Part shown: one piece after another, positions 43,801-52,565 of the stretch | How positions within the stretch are numbered: position 1 is the first letter of the stretch | Layout of the letters: each line of letters opens with the position of its first letter | Notes under the pieces: model-generated | What the model saw: only the letters and a program-made list of their open reading frames with translations | The model's database searches: none | What the model was told of the DNA's origin: nothing | Position numbers and translations under genes: made by a program | NCBI GenBank assembly: GCA_964637705.1 | Contig: CAZWVM010000001.1 | Location: forward strand, 29,985 to 93,984 | Reading direction: 5' to 3' | DNA: 64,000 nucleotides | Origin: an uncultured bacterium | GTDB lineage: Bacteria > UBA8481

Positions 43801-46800
43801 CAGGCGCTTCGGGCAACGCGAGCGGCCGAGGCTCGAGGTGACGGCGAGATCCGTGAGCGGGATCTTCGGGCGCTCGGCGAGGAACGCGGCGTAGCGGGCC
43901 GCGAGTTCCCGCAGGGCGGGTTCGGTACGAGCCGAGAGCCACAGGTGATTCCAGGTCGTGCCGTCTCGCCTCTCGTCCCGGTCCTCGCCCGGTCCTCCCT
44001 CCACGATGGCATGTGCGTTCGTGCCCCCGAAGCCGAACGAACTGACGCCCGCCAGTCGCTCACCCTCCCACGGCCGGCGCTCCGACGCGATCGTGAACGC
44101 CGTCCCCGCGATCGGGAGGCGCGGATTCATCGACGTGTAATGCAGTTGCCGGGGAATCTCGGCATGGCCGAGCATCAGGACGACCTTGATGAGACCCGCG
44201 ATCCCGGCCGCGCTCTCGAGGTGACCGATGTTCGCCTTCACCGACCCGATGATGCAGGGAGCCCCGTCCCGTCCCTCGCCGAGCGCCTCCCGGATCGCCC
44301 CGACCTCGATGGGGTCGCCGAGAGCCGTGCCCGTGCCGTGTGCCTCGACATAGCCGATCGCGCCCGGTTCGACCCCTGCGTCGCGGAGTGCGCGGCGGAT
44401 CACGTCCACCTGGGCCGGCCCGTTCGGCGCGGTCAGGCCGTTCGAACGGCCGTCCTGGTTCACGGCCGTGCCGCGAATGACGGCGAGGACGCGGTCCCCG
44501 TCGCGCCGGGCGTCCGCGAGGCGCTTCAGCACCACGATGCCGCACCCCTCGGACCTCACGTACCCGTCGGCCTTCGCGTCGAAGGCCTTGCACCGGCCGT
44601 CCGGCGCCATGAGGCCCGCCTTCGAGAAGGAGATGGTGTACTCGGGCGAGAGGACGAGGTTCACCCCGCCGGAGAGAACCAGGTCGCATTCGCCGCCGCG
44701 CAGGGCCCGAACGCCCTGGTGGAGAGCCACGAGCGAGGAGGAGCAGGCCGTGTCGACCGCGACGCTCGGTCCACGCAGGTCGAGGAAATAGGAGAGGCGG
44801 TTGGCGGTGACGGAGAGCGCGGTGCCGGTCCCGGCATAGATGTCCGTCCCGCCGTTGGACGCCAGCAGCATCCGGGCGTAGTCGAAGTTGCTCACGCCGA
44901 CGAAGACCCCGGTGTTCGTGCCGGCCAGGCCGTCGGCCGCCACGCCCGCGTCCTCCAGCGCCTCCCAGCTCACCTCCAGGAGCAGGCGTTGCTGCGGGTC
45001 CAGGCTCTCCGCCTCGCGCGGCGATAGCCCGAAGAAGTCGGCGTCGAAGTCGCCGACGCCGTCGAGAAAGCCGCCCCATTTCGTCGTCGTCTTACCCGTC
45101 GCGTCCGGGTCGGGATCGTAGAGCGCCGCCGCATCCCACCGGTCCGCCGGCACCTCGCGGACCGCGTCCACGCCGTCGCGCAGGAGGTTCCAGAACGATT
45201 CCGCGTCCGGCGCGCCGGGGAAGCGGCAGGCCAGGCCGATGACCGCGACCGGTTCGCGGTCGCCTGGATCCGTCGGTTTCGCTGAGGCACGGCGCGCTGC
45301 GCCCCCGCGCGTCTCTCCGCCCAGGAACGAGACGAGCGCCGAGACGGTCGGGTGGTCGTAGAGAAGGGTCGGCGGCAGATCGCGGCCGAGCATCGCGGCC
45401 ATTTCGCCCGAGACCTGGACCGCGCCGGCGGAGTCGAGGCCGTAGGAAGCGAAGGAGGCCCGGGGATCGATCGAGGAGGCGGGAATACCGAAGCGCCGCG
45501 CCAGGATCCCGAGGAGTTTCGTCCGGATGTCGTCGCCCGAGGCGGTCTCCCCCGCCCCGGCCGGCCCCGGCTCACGCCTGACCGCCACCGCCTCGAGCGT
45601 TCCGTCGAGGAACGCCTTCCGGCAGGCGCCGCGCATCACCTTGCCGCTCGAGGTCTTGGGCAGGGCGTTGGGCTTCAACAGGACGACGGCGTGCACGGGC
45701 ACGCCGTGTTCCTCGACGATTCTCTCGCGCAGGCGCCCCAGGACCTCGTCGGCGTCGATCCTGCGGAGCCAGGTCCGCTCGACTTCCTGGACGACGACGA
45801 TCCGTTCCCCCTCCCCGGTCTCGATCGCGAAGGCCGCGGCGCCGGAGGCGCGCAGGGCGGGGTGAGCCGTCTCCGAGGTCAGTTCCAGGTCCTGCGGGTA
45901 ATGGTTGAGACCGTTGACGATGATCATGTCCTTGATCCGGCCCGTCACGAAGAGCTCGCCGCCGTGCAGGAATCCCAGGTCGCCGGTGCGCAGCATCGGC
46001 CCCTCGCCGGAACCGGCGATCCGGCCGTCGAACACGTCCCGAGTCTCTCCGGGCCTGTTCCAGTAGCCGCCGGCCACGATCCGGCCCCCGACCCAGATCT
46101 CTCCGACCCGATCCTCCGGGCACGCATCGCACGACTCCGGTTCCACGATCCGGACCGTCGTCTCGGAGACCGGCACTCCGCAGCCCACGATCGGCACCGC
46201 GCCGGGTGCATGCTCAGCGATGGCCCGGACCCGGTGTCGCGCCAATTCCTCCGCGTCCACGTAGAGGACCGTGGCCGCCCGGTCCGCGGGATTCGTCGTC
46301 ACCTTCAGCGTCGATTCGGCGAGACCGAAGCCCGGGGTGAGAACGTTGCGCCCCAGGCCGCACGGCGCAAAGGCCTCGTGGAAACGGTCGAGCGTCTCGG
46401 CGCGCACCGTCTCCGCCGCGTTCAGGGCGACGCGCCAGCTCGAGAGATCGAGCCCGGCCTTCTGCTCGCCGGTGATCTTCTTCGCGCAGAGATCGTAGGC
46501 GAAGTTCGGCGCGGCCGCGTGGGTGCCGCGGTAGCGCGAGATCGCGGCCAACCACCGGCGAGGTCTCTGCAGGAAGGCCGCGGGCGGCATCATGACGCAG
46601 GTGAAGCCCATGAGGAGCGGCTGCAGGAGACCGTAGATCAGCCCCATGTCATGGAAGAGCGGCAGCCAGGTCACCATGACGCTTCCGGGCGCATGTCCCC
46701 AGTTCGCGTCCATGTCGCGGACGTTGTCGAGGATGTGCCGGTGCGTGACCATGACCCCGCGCGGCGCCGAGGTCGAGCCCGAGGTGTATTGCAGGAGCGC

Positions 46801-47280
46801 GAGCGTCTCCGGCCCGATCGCGGGCCGCTGCCACGCGGGGATCTCCTCCCCGCCCTCGGCATCGGTCGCGATCCAGTCGAGCGCACCGAGTTCCGGGTAG
46901 TGCGCGACCTGGGTGTCACGCGCCGCCATCACCCGTGTCGTGGTCAGGACCCGGCGCGCGCCGGCGTCGGAAGCGATGACCGGGAGCCGTCGGTCCGGCC
47001 GGAGACGGCCGGGCGGATAGCATGGGACCGGCACGACGCCGGCGTAGAGGCAGCCGCAGTAGGCGGTGACGAACTCGAGGCCCGAGGGATACAGGAGCAG
47101 GGCCCGGTCTCCCGTCATGCCCCCGGTCGCCAGGCGGGCCGCCAGGACCCGAGCCCGGTGATCCAGGTCACGGAAGGTCAGCCGGCCCGCTTCGGTCTCT
47201 CCGTCCTCCAGGAAGATGCAAGCCGTTCCGCCCGGGTCGGTTTCCGCCCGGCGCGCAAGGACCTCGACAACGGTTCTCAC
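40831..47280 (-). CDS. Loading/first-extension megasynthase, 2149 aa: FAAL-ACP-KS-AT-KR-ACP-Cdock
   Basis: ORF track 40831..47280; start codon is GTG. FAAL: LTFRDLDHRARVLAARL, LQYTSGSTSAPRGVMVTH, ILPKRGRGL-free long insertion region, GDLGFLHGGELFVTGR. ACP: YGLDSAGAVQV. KS: VIGLACRFPG...CSSSLVALH. AT: GHSAGEYAAACAAGV, VAAHSPL. KR: TYLVTGGLGGLGLGLARGL. ACP: FFAMGMDSITAM. C-terminal LRRLESLVGIE. Confidence 0.9.
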   Translation of the reverse strand: MRTVVEVLARRAETDPGGTACIFLEDGETEAGRLTFRDLDHRARVLAARLATGGMTGDRALLLYPSGLEFVTAYCGCLYAGVVPVPCYPPGRLRPDRRLPVIASDAGARRVLTTTRVMAARDTQVAHYPELGALDWIATDAEGGEEIPAWQRPAIGPETLALLQYTSGSTSAPRGVMVTHRHILDNVRDMDANWGHAPGSVMVTWLPLFHDMGLIYGLLQPLLMGFTCVMMPPAAFLQRPRRWLAAISRYRGTHAAAPNFAYDLCAKKITGEQKAGLDLSSWRVALNAAETVRAETLDRFHEAFAPCGLGRNVLTPGFGLAESTLKVTTNPADRAATVLYVDAEELARHRVRAIAEHAPGAVPIVGCGVPVSETTVRIVEPESCDACPEDRVGEIWVGGRIVAGGYWNRPGETRDVFDGRIAGSGEGPMLRTGDLGFLHGGELFVTGRIKDMIIVNGLNHYPQDLELTSETAHPALRASGAAAFAIETGEGERIVVVQEVERTWLRRIDADEVLGRLRERIVEEHGVPVHAVVLLKPNALPKTSSGKVMRGACRKAFLDGTLEAVAVRREPGPAGAGETASGDDIRTKLLGILARRFGIPASSIDPRASFASYGLDSAGAVQVSGEMAAMLGRDLPPTLLYDHPTVSALVSFLGGETRGGAARRASAKPTDPGDREPVAVIGLACRFPGAPDAESFWNLLRDGVDAVREVPADRWDAAALYDPDPDATGKTTTKWGGFLDGVGDFDADFFGLSPREAESLDPQQRLLLEVSWEALEDAGVAADGLAGTNTGVFVGVSNFDYARMLLASNGGTDIYAGTGTALSVTANRLSYFLDLRGPSVAVDTACSSSLVALHQGVRALRGGECDLVLSGGVNLVLSPEYTISFSKAGLMAPDGRCKAFDAKADGYVRSEGCGIVVLKRLADARRDGDRVLAVIRGTAVNQDGRSNGLTAPNGPAQVDVIRRALRDAGVEPGAIGYVEAHGTGTALGDPIEVGAIREALGEGRDGAPCIIGSVKANIGHLESAAGIAGLIKVVLMLGHAEIPRQLHYTSMNPRLPIAGTAFTIASERRPWEGERLAGVSSFGFGGTNAHAIVEGGPGEDRDERRDGTTWNHLWLSARTEPALRELAARYAAFLAERPKIPLTDLAVTSSLGRSRCPKRLGVVAENAASMAAALEAAARGEEHEGLVTGEVLPGDPGVVFLYTGHGSIYPGMGADLYEREPVFRRTIDRCDAILRPLLDASLCDALYRDTDRLKRMDWSQPALFALQYALTELWGSWGVRPAAVAGHSAGEYAAACAAGVMTFEDGLALVAERGRLMQTLPPDGAMAAVMADEAVVREAIPEGEDLAVAVSNSPVNTILSGRRAALESAIAKLAARGLKCTRLEIPVAAHSPLVEPILAAFERFAGGVRFSRPRIPLMSNVSGGAAGDEVTTAGYWVRHFRETVRFGENLRALDGAGHRVFLEIGPHPTLLGIAEENVGRTGRCRAASLDRERPAARQIRLALGALFAGGIAIDDAALLRASGGRRIALPTYPFQRRRYWIRGEGPAAVPRPHEASDNLSSVAWPAVAASRPERAPGACLISGAGEALRNELAALIEARGGIVLDESRAADATAAILLAPDRGGDPEPCGEDFLRVAGLAKAMTGRPDGARLLIVTRDAQQVRPDDRVAGLSQSWLWGLGRNIPLEHPDVVVRLVDLDAEAGANEIIAELGSGDDEEEIAYRAGARHGARIEPGVPDTRPVAIRRDATYLVTGGLGGLGLGLARGLARRGASQLLLVGRTGAATAERRAAVEAIEALGARVAVRAADVGDTAIVATLEQALDGLPPLRGIIHAAGSGRKRRIDGLTAEDLEPLLAAKARGALNLDRLARGRTLDFFACLSSMVAAWGAAEQAHYVATNHFLDLFAARRSAAGAPTVSIGLGPVSGAGMLHEGGAGNLERMGLAFWTVDEAVEVVLRRAGSRLPRIVAARIDWATYRGVHEARRSRPLFSRLGSQPVATTAAAPIAPAAPIAPAAPRATFVDALEGLDPGAARERLARHLAAALADVLRLDAENLDRDAGFFAMGMDSITAMQFKRRLEKGMGRSLPATAVFNYPNVNALADHLVGAIAPSAPVDRPAPRAAAPSAASARAGGDGFEESLRRLESLVGIE
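41235..41292 (-). repeat. 18-bp x 3 tandem repeat encoding (IAPAAP)2-TTAAAP linker before the C-terminal ACP of the loading gene
   Basis: ggcgccgcaggcgctatg x2 plus a degenerate third copy. Confidence 0.7.
45510..47280 (-). other. Fatty acyl-AMP ligase (FAAL) starter domain
   Basis: N-terminal ~590 aa of the loading gene, with adenylate-forming cores and a downstream ACP instead of a CoA-ligase context. This architecture is established for lipopeptide/lipoketide initiation. Confidence 0.75.
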
Positions 47281-47634
47281 GACCGGACCGCCGGGGGATC
47301 GGCATGGGCGCGAAAAGCGCCCGTGTCGAAAGGACTATGAAAACGGCCGAGTGCAGACACGCGCGAACACCACCTCTTGGGGAAGTCATGGGTTGAGAAT
47401 GAAAGTGATGACGACAGGACCGCGGCCCTGCCCTTCACTCACTTTTTAACCCCGAAGGGGGTTCGCTGGAGCGTGCGTTACTCGATGTGGTTTGCTGGGG
47501 ATGTCGCGTCCTCTGGAGGAACGCGAACGATCAACCCCGTGCCGTATTCAGTGCTTCGTGATCGTGCCTCGTAGTCGCCACATTTCTACAGGAGAAGGGG
47601 GGGCGATTCAAGGCTGATCTTCGGGAGGTTGGAC
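47281..47634. promoter_or_regulatory. 354-bp lower-GC intergenic region upstream of the FAAL gene; presumed promoter/operator of the megasynthase operon
   Basis: Only sizeable non-coding gap for 47 kb. Contains the hairpin AACCCC-GAAG-GGGGTT (~47448-47463) and a G7 run. No promoter hexamers could be assigned with confidence. Confidence 0.3.
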
Positions 47635-48174
47635 CTAGATTTCCGGCAGTTTCGCGGCTTCCTTGCCCTTCTTCTGCTCCTGCATGTGGCTGGCGACCTT
47701 CTGTCCTTCCTCGAACTGGTCGATGAAGTACTGGTGCATCCGGGCCGGGTCGAAATCCAGGAGCGTGCCGCCCGTCTCGAAGTGCATGATGAAGACCTTG
47801 CCCACGGCATACGTCGTGGCTCCGGCGAAGATCGGCATCGAGACGGCCCCGATGAAGGTGCCGACGACGGGCACGAGCTTCAGGAGGCTCCCGATCGCCC
47901 CTTGAGCGATCGTGGTCGCCACGAGGCTACCGATGAGAGAAGCGATGATGGCCTTGCCCCGGTTCTCGGAATACTTGATGTCGTAGTGACCGGCGATCTC
48001 CTCGACCAGTTTCAACTGCACCGCGGTGACGGCGAGGATATCCGCGAAAGGATAGGGAATGAGCCCCGCACCCATGGCCCACCACATGTAATTCCGAGTC
48101 GCCTGCTTCGCCCGCGTTTCGCGGGAAAGCTCGGCGGCAGGATCCTTTTCCGGGTTGTCGTTCGTGCTCGTCAT
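47635..48174 (-). CDS. DUF697/YcjF-like small protein, paralogue 1 (179 aa)
   Basis: ORF track. Core YMWWAMGAGLIPYPFADILAVTAVQ...TYAVGKVFIMHFETGGTLLDFDP is shared with the two other paralogues. AGGAGA sits 5-10 nt upstream of the ATG. Confidence 0.7.
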   Translation of the reverse strand: MTSTNDNPEKDPAAELSRETRAKQATRNYMWWAMGAGLIPYPFADILAVTAVQLKLVEEIAGHYDIKYSENRGKAIIASLIGSLVATTIAQGAIGSLLKLVPVVGTFIGAVSMPIFAGATTYAVGKVFIMHFETGGTLLDFDPARMHQYFIDQFEEGQKVASHMQEQKKGKEAAKLPEI

Positions 48175-48240
48175 ATATCTCCTGAAAATTCTGCGCCCGG
48201 CGGCGTAAAAAGCAAGCGGAATTATCGTCGGGGATAATCA

Positions 48241-48269
48241 TTGACTCCCTCGAGGCCCGGGCGTACATT
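48241..48269 (+). promoter_or_regulatory. Candidate sigma70-type promoter TTGACT-N17-TACATT for the DUF697-small TM-secretin operon
   Basis: Read directly in the divergent 48175-48347 gap, ~80 nt upstream of the GGAGG-preceded ATG at 48348. Confidence 0.3.
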
Positions 48270-48347
48270 TTCCCCGTTCGAGGTCGATTTCCCATGGAGT
48301 TTCGCGATGGAGATTGGCCGAGCCTCAAAGACCCCCGGAGGTGCGTG

Positions 48348-48845
48348 ATGACAGAAACGGCGACAGTGGTGGAATCGAAGGACGCCAAGGCGAAGGAAAT
48401 CGTCAAGAACTACATGTATTGGACCATGGGAGCGGGGCTGATTCCCTATCCGTTGGTCGATCTTGCGGCCGTCATCGGAATCCAGATCAAGATGACCAAG
48501 GATTTGGCCGAACTGTATGAGGTTCCCTTCCGTGAGAACGCCGTGAAGTCGATCGTCGGATCGCTCCTGGGCGGCGTCACGTCCTCCTCCATCGCTTTCG
48601 GCAGCATCGGCCTGCTCGCGGCGAGCCTCGTGAAGATGGTTCCCTTCATCGGGACGGCCCCCGGTCTCGTCACCGTGCCCCTGATCTCCGGCGCCGTGAC
48701 CTACGCCGTGGGCAAGGTCTTCATCATGCACTTCGACACGGGTGGCACGCTCCTGGACTTCGACCCGGTGAAGGTCCGCGAGTATTTCCGCGAGTCCCTC
48801 AAGGAAGGCGAGAAACTGGCCAAGGAGATGAAGAGCTCCAAGTAG
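48348..48845 (+). CDS. DUF697/YcjF-like small protein, paralogue 2 (~165 aa)
   Basis: ORF track frame 48294..48845; start moved to the internal ATG at 48348 (MTETATVVESKD), preceded by GGAGG and matching the N-termini of the paralogues. Core NYMYWTMGAGLIPYPLVDLAAV...TYAVGKVFIMHFDTGGTLLDFDP. Confidence 0.7.
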   Translation: MTETATVVESKDAKAKEIVKNYMYWTMGAGLIPYPLVDLAAVIGIQIKMTKDLAELYEVPFRENAVKSIVGSLLGGVTSSSIAFGSIGLLAASLVKMVPFIGTAPGLVTVPLISGAVTYAVGKVFIMHFDTGGTLLDFDPVKVREYFRESLKEGEKLAKEMKSSK

Positions 48846-48941
48846 GCGTCAAGCGGGGCCATGCGGGCCTTTCGTGTCTTCCCTCGCGGAAGAGACGGAC
48901 GCCGCATGGCCCCGGTCGTTTAGGGAGGCAGGAGCGGACCC

Positions 48942-49127
48942 ATGATCAACGTCGTCGTCCCTACGCTCTACGTGGCACTGAGCCTCATGGTCGGGCTCCT
49001 GGGCAGGAAGAAGCTCCTCGGGTTCTGGGGATTCTTCCTGGGCTCCCTCATCCTGACTCCGGTCATGGGTTTTCTCGGCTTGATCTTCTTCGAAATGATC
49101 TCCCTCGTGGGAGAATCGAAAAACTGA
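48942..49127 (+). CDS. Small hydrophobic two-TM membrane protein (61 aa)
   Basis: ORF track. GGAGG/AGGAG RBS 7-17 nt upstream; GC3-rich codons; two predicted TM helices (VVPTLYVALSLMVGLLG; LGSLILTPVMGFLGLIFF). Confidence 0.5.
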   Translation: MINVVVPTLYVALSLMVGLLGRKKLLGFWGFFLGSLILTPVMGFLGLIFFEMISLVGESKN

Positions 49128-49173
49128 CGCGTTCCGGCCGCCGCGCGCGGACGCGATCCAAGGAGCGATTGCG

Positions 49174-50388
49174 ATGACGACGAGACTGATCGACGGGCTG
49201 AATCGCGCCGGCGCGTTCCGGCGCGGACTCGGGACCTGCCTGCTCGGGGCGCTCCTTCTCCTGGCCGGTTCCACGAGCACGACGGCCCAGGCCCAGGAAT
49301 CTCCCGCCCGCTATCGCACGGTCGTGTATTACCTCGAGAACGCCGACGCCGCCAAGCTCGTCACCGTCCTCAACGCCGTCTACAGCCCCGGCAGCGGCGG
49401 AGCCCTCGGGCTCGGAAACCAAGGCGTCTCCATCGTCGCCGATGTCGGTACCAATTCCCTCGTCCTGAGCGCGCCCGAGGAGACCATCGACGCGGTCCTG
49501 GAGACGGTCAAGAAGCTCGACATCGCCCCCTTCCAGGTGCTCATCGAATGCATCATCCTGGAAGTGCGGCTCGACGCCGCGAAGAACCTCGGCGTGGACT
49601 GGACCTGGAAGAACTCCAACGTGGACTTCGGCATCCGCGGGAACGCGCCCGGCGTGGGCGTTCTCGAGGCCCTCGCCTTCACGGGTCTCAAGCAGGGCGT
49701 GATCGGCGACCAGCGCACGCTCCAGGGGGTCATCCAGGCTCTCGTCCGCGACAATCGCACCCGCATCGTGGCCACGCCGCGCATCTTCGCGGCGAACAAC
49801 CGGGAGGCCTCGATCACGATCGGCGACAACGTCCCCGTTCTCTTGAACCAGGCCACGACCGTGGGCGGCGTGACGCAGAACACCTTCAGCTACACCGATC
49901 TCGGGATCAAGCTGGTCGTGACGCCCCACATCAACCGGCGGCGCCAGACCGTGCTCGAGGTCTTCCAGGAGATCAAGTCCTTCTACGACATGAACAACCT
50001 CCCCACGGGCGTCAACGTCCAGAACGCGAACCCCATCATCTCCACGCGCAACAGCCGCACCGTGGTCACACTCGGGGACAGCGAATCGGTCGTCATCGGC
50101 GGCCTCATCCGGACCGACCGGACGAGGTTGGAGAGCCGCGTGCCGGTCCTGGGAGATATCCCGATCATCGGCGCGGCCTTTCGTTCCAAGCAGTATCGCG
50201 AAGAGAAGACGGAACTGCTCGTCTTCCTCACCACGCGCGTCGTCACGAACGGCGACGAACTGCGATCCATGGTGAGCGAGCAGGTCGACGACTCCATCTA
50301 CATGGAACAGAGGGCCCAGGACTTCTTCAGCGACACGCACTCGATCCGGAACGGCGCGGGATTCGTGGAGAGTCACATCCTCAGGTAG
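49174..50388 (+). CDS. Secretin (GspD/PilQ/CpaC/pIV superfamily), 404 aa with signal peptide
   Basis: ORF track. N-terminal signal peptide. C-terminal secretin signature SVVIGGLIRTDRTRLESRVPVLGDIPIIGAAFRSKQYREEKTELLVFLTTRVV. Confidence 0.85.
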   Translation: MTTRLIDGLNRAGAFRRGLGTCLLGALLLLAGSTSTTAQAQESPARYRTVVYYLENADAAKLVTVLNAVYSPGSGGALGLGNQGVSIVADVGTNSLVLSAPEETIDAVLETVKKLDIAPFQVLIECIILEVRLDAAKNLGVDWTWKNSNVDFGIRGNAPGVGVLEALAFTGLKQGVIGDQRTLQGVIQALVRDNRTRIVATPRIFAANNREASITIGDNVPVLLNQATTVGGVTQNTFSYTDLGIKLVVTPHINRRRQTVLEVFQEIKSFYDMNNLPTGVNVQNANPIISTRNSRTVVTLGDSESVVIGGLIRTDRTRLESRVPVLGDIPIIGAAFRSKQYREEKTELLVFLTTRVVTNGDELRSMVSEQVDDSIYMEQRAQDFFSDTHSIRNGAGFVESHILR

Positions 50389-50425
50389 TCGAGCGCGCCG
50401 CGCCTCCCGGGGCGGTCGCGGCCGG
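50389..50425. terminator. Possible GC-rich bidirectional terminator hairpin between convergent secretin and binding-protein genes
   Basis: CCGCGCCTCCCGGGGCGGTCGCGG is an imperfect inverted repeat with no U-tract. Confidence 0.2.
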
Positions 50426-51586
50426 TCAGTGGATCTCGGGGTAGATGAACTTTCCGTCCCGGAGAACCTTGAAGAAGACGTGCTCGTCCACGAGGTCCCC
50501 GTTCTCGTCGAAGTCGATCGGGCCCGTCACGCCCTCCGCGGAATAGTTCACCCGGAGTGTGTCCTGCACCGTGACCGGGACCGTGCTCCGGCAGCGATTC
50601 ATGGCCCCCGCCAGCGTCATGACGGCGTCGTAGCCGCGCGCCGCGCGCACGTCCGGGACTTCGCCGTAACGCGCGATGAACTTCTCGTGGAAATCCAGGG
50701 CCGCCGGGCGAATCTCCCGGGGCGAGTAGTTCGTCGCGATCATCGTGCCGTTCGACGCCACCCCCGCCTCGTTCCAGAGGTCGAGCGTGTCCAGCGCGCT
50801 TTTGCCGATGAACGGCGCCGTGATTCCCATCTCCCGGGCCTGGCGCATGAGGAGCGCCGCGGCCGTGGCCGGGCTCTGCAGGAGGATCACGTCGTAGGTG
50901 ACGTCGGACAGCTTGGACAGGAGCGTCCGGAAGTTGGTCTCCTCGGGGTTGAAATGCTGGACCGAGACGATGTCCATGGCCTGCGACTCCCGCGACAGCT
51001 GATACTGGATGGTCGTGGCGAAGGAATTGCCGTCGACATCGTCGGTGTGGATGATCACCGCGCGGCGGATGGGCTTGTATCCGCGGTAGAGTCTCAGGCC
51101 GGCGATCGCCCTGCTGTAATCCTCGTCGCTGGGCAGGAGACGGAAAACGTTTTTGAAGCCGTGCAGGGTGAGATAGGGATCCGTGGCGCCCGTCGACAGG
51201 AACGTGATGCCGCTCTGCTCGTAGATGATCGAGGCGGGCAGGGCCACCTCGGAACTGCGATGGCCGATCACCGCGACCAGGTCCGGATCGGCCGCGAAAC
51301 GCCGGGCGACCCGGCGTCCCTCTTCAGCGGTCACGCCCTCGTCCTCGACCCGGATCACCATGGGCCGGCCCATCACGCCGCCCTTCGCGTTCACCTCGTC
51401 CAGCGCCAGCTGGACCCCCTCGAGAAACCTGTGGGACGGACTGGCCGCGAACGACCAGGCCACGCCCACGACGACATCACCCTTGGAGAAGTAGGCCCGG
51501 ACGGCTCGGTCGTAGGCCGCGTCGTTCCCGCCGCAGGCGGCCAGGAGGACGGCGGCCGCCAGGGCGGCGCCGAGACGCCGGAACAC
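50426..51586 (-). CDS. Periplasmic binding protein type 1 lipoprotein (Leu/Ile/Val-binding, LivJ-like), 386 aa
   Basis: ORF track. Lipobox LLAACGG. PBP1 fold features: alternating beta-alpha pattern and typical Liv-family length. Confidence 0.75.
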   Translation of the reverse strand: MFRRLGAALAAAVLLAACGGNDAAYDRAVRAYFSKGDVVVGVAWSFAASPSHRFLEGVQLALDEVNAKGGVMGRPMVIRVEDEGVTAEEGRRVARRFAADPDLVAVIGHRSSEVALPASIIYEQSGITFLSTGATDPYLTLHGFKNVFRLLPSDEDYSRAIAGLRLYRGYKPIRRAVIIHTDDVDGNSFATTIQYQLSRESQAMDIVSVQHFNPEETNFRTLLSKLSDVTYDVILLQSPATAAALLMRQAREMGITAPFIGKSALDTLDLWNEAGVASNGTMIATNYSPREIRPAALDFHEKFIARYGEVPDVRAARGYDAVMTLAGAMNRCRSTVPVTVQDTLRVNYSAEGVTGPIDFDENGDLVDEHVFFKVLRDGKFIYPEIH

Positions 51587-51593
51587 GCGCGGC

Positions 51594-52565
51594 CTACGGT
51601 TCCGGATTCAGGATGACGGGGAGACCGCCCCGGCCCGATCCGATGACGATGACCTTCGAGTTGGTGCAGGTGGCCAGGTCCCGGGTCGCACGGATGCCTT
51701 CCCACCGCAGGAGGTTCTCGCCGAGCGAGGCCGTCACGGTGCGGTTGTATTGCTCGATCCCGCGCGCCTCGATGGCCTTGCGTTCCGCCTCCCGCTGCTC
51801 GCGGTTGAGCCGGAAGTCGTATTCGAGCATCAACTGCTCCTGCGTCAACTTCGCCTCGATCGCCGACGTCAGGTTCTGCGGCAGCGTGATCCGGCGGACC
51901 ACCACGTTGTCGAGCGTGATGAAGTTCTTTCCCACCGCCGTGAAGGCGCCGACCACCAGCCGCTCCAGCACGCCGCCCTGCGTCGTGAAGAGCTCCTCGG
52001 GCGTGAAGCGCCCGATGACGTTGCGGATCACCGCCTCCACTTCCGGCAGGACGATCACGTTGAGGTAGTCGGGACCGATGCGCTGGTGCAGCACCGGCAG
52101 GAACTGATACTCCGGCTGGTAGCGGATCGAGAGGCTGATCTGGACCGGGAGCCCGTTCACCGTCAGGGCCGTCATCTCGTGGCTGACCGTCTGCTTCCGG
52201 ATGTTGTATACGAAGAACTTGTTGAAGGGATTGATCAGGTGCGTCCCTTCCGGGTAGACCCGGTCCAGGATCGTGCCCCCCTGGAAGCGGCTCCACTCGA
52301 CCCCCGCCTCGCCCGCGTGGACGGTCACCACGAAGAAGGGCCAGAAGAAGAGGACGAAGAGCGTCAGGAGCATCATCCAGATGTAGAAGGAGATCCGGTT
52401 CCGGCGGTAGTAGTCCTTCCCCCACCGGGTCACGGGATTGTCGCGCAGGTGGCCATAGGCGATCCCCAGGCCCCGGGCCGTGGCACGGACCGCGTTCACG
52501 AGATGCGCCCAGGCCCGCGAAAGCGCGCCGGGGACCGCGTCAACAGGTTCCATGCTGGACGACAC
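51594..52565 (-). CDS. SPFH/band-7 (prohibitin/HflK/C-like) membrane protein, 323 aa
   Basis: ORF track. One N-terminal TM (ISFYIWMMLLTLFVLFFWPFFVV), then an SPFH domain and coiled coil EAKLTQEQLMLEYDFRLNREQREAERKAIEARGIE. Confidence 0.8.
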   Translation of the reverse strand: MSSSMEPVDAVPGALSRAWAHLVNAVRATARGLGIAYGHLRDNPVTRWGKDYYRRNRISFYIWMMLLTLFVLFFWPFFVVTVHAGEAGVEWSRFQGGTILDRVYPEGTHLINPFNKFFVYNIRKQTVSHEMTALTVNGLPVQISLSIRYQPEYQFLPVLHQRIGPDYLNVIVLPEVEAVIRNVIGRFTPEELFTTQGGVLERLVVGAFTAVGKNFITLDNVVVRRITLPQNLTSAIEAKLTQEQLMLEYDFRLNREQREAERKAIEARGIEQYNRTVTASLGENLLRWEGIRATRDLATCTNSKVIVIGSGRGGLPVILNPEP

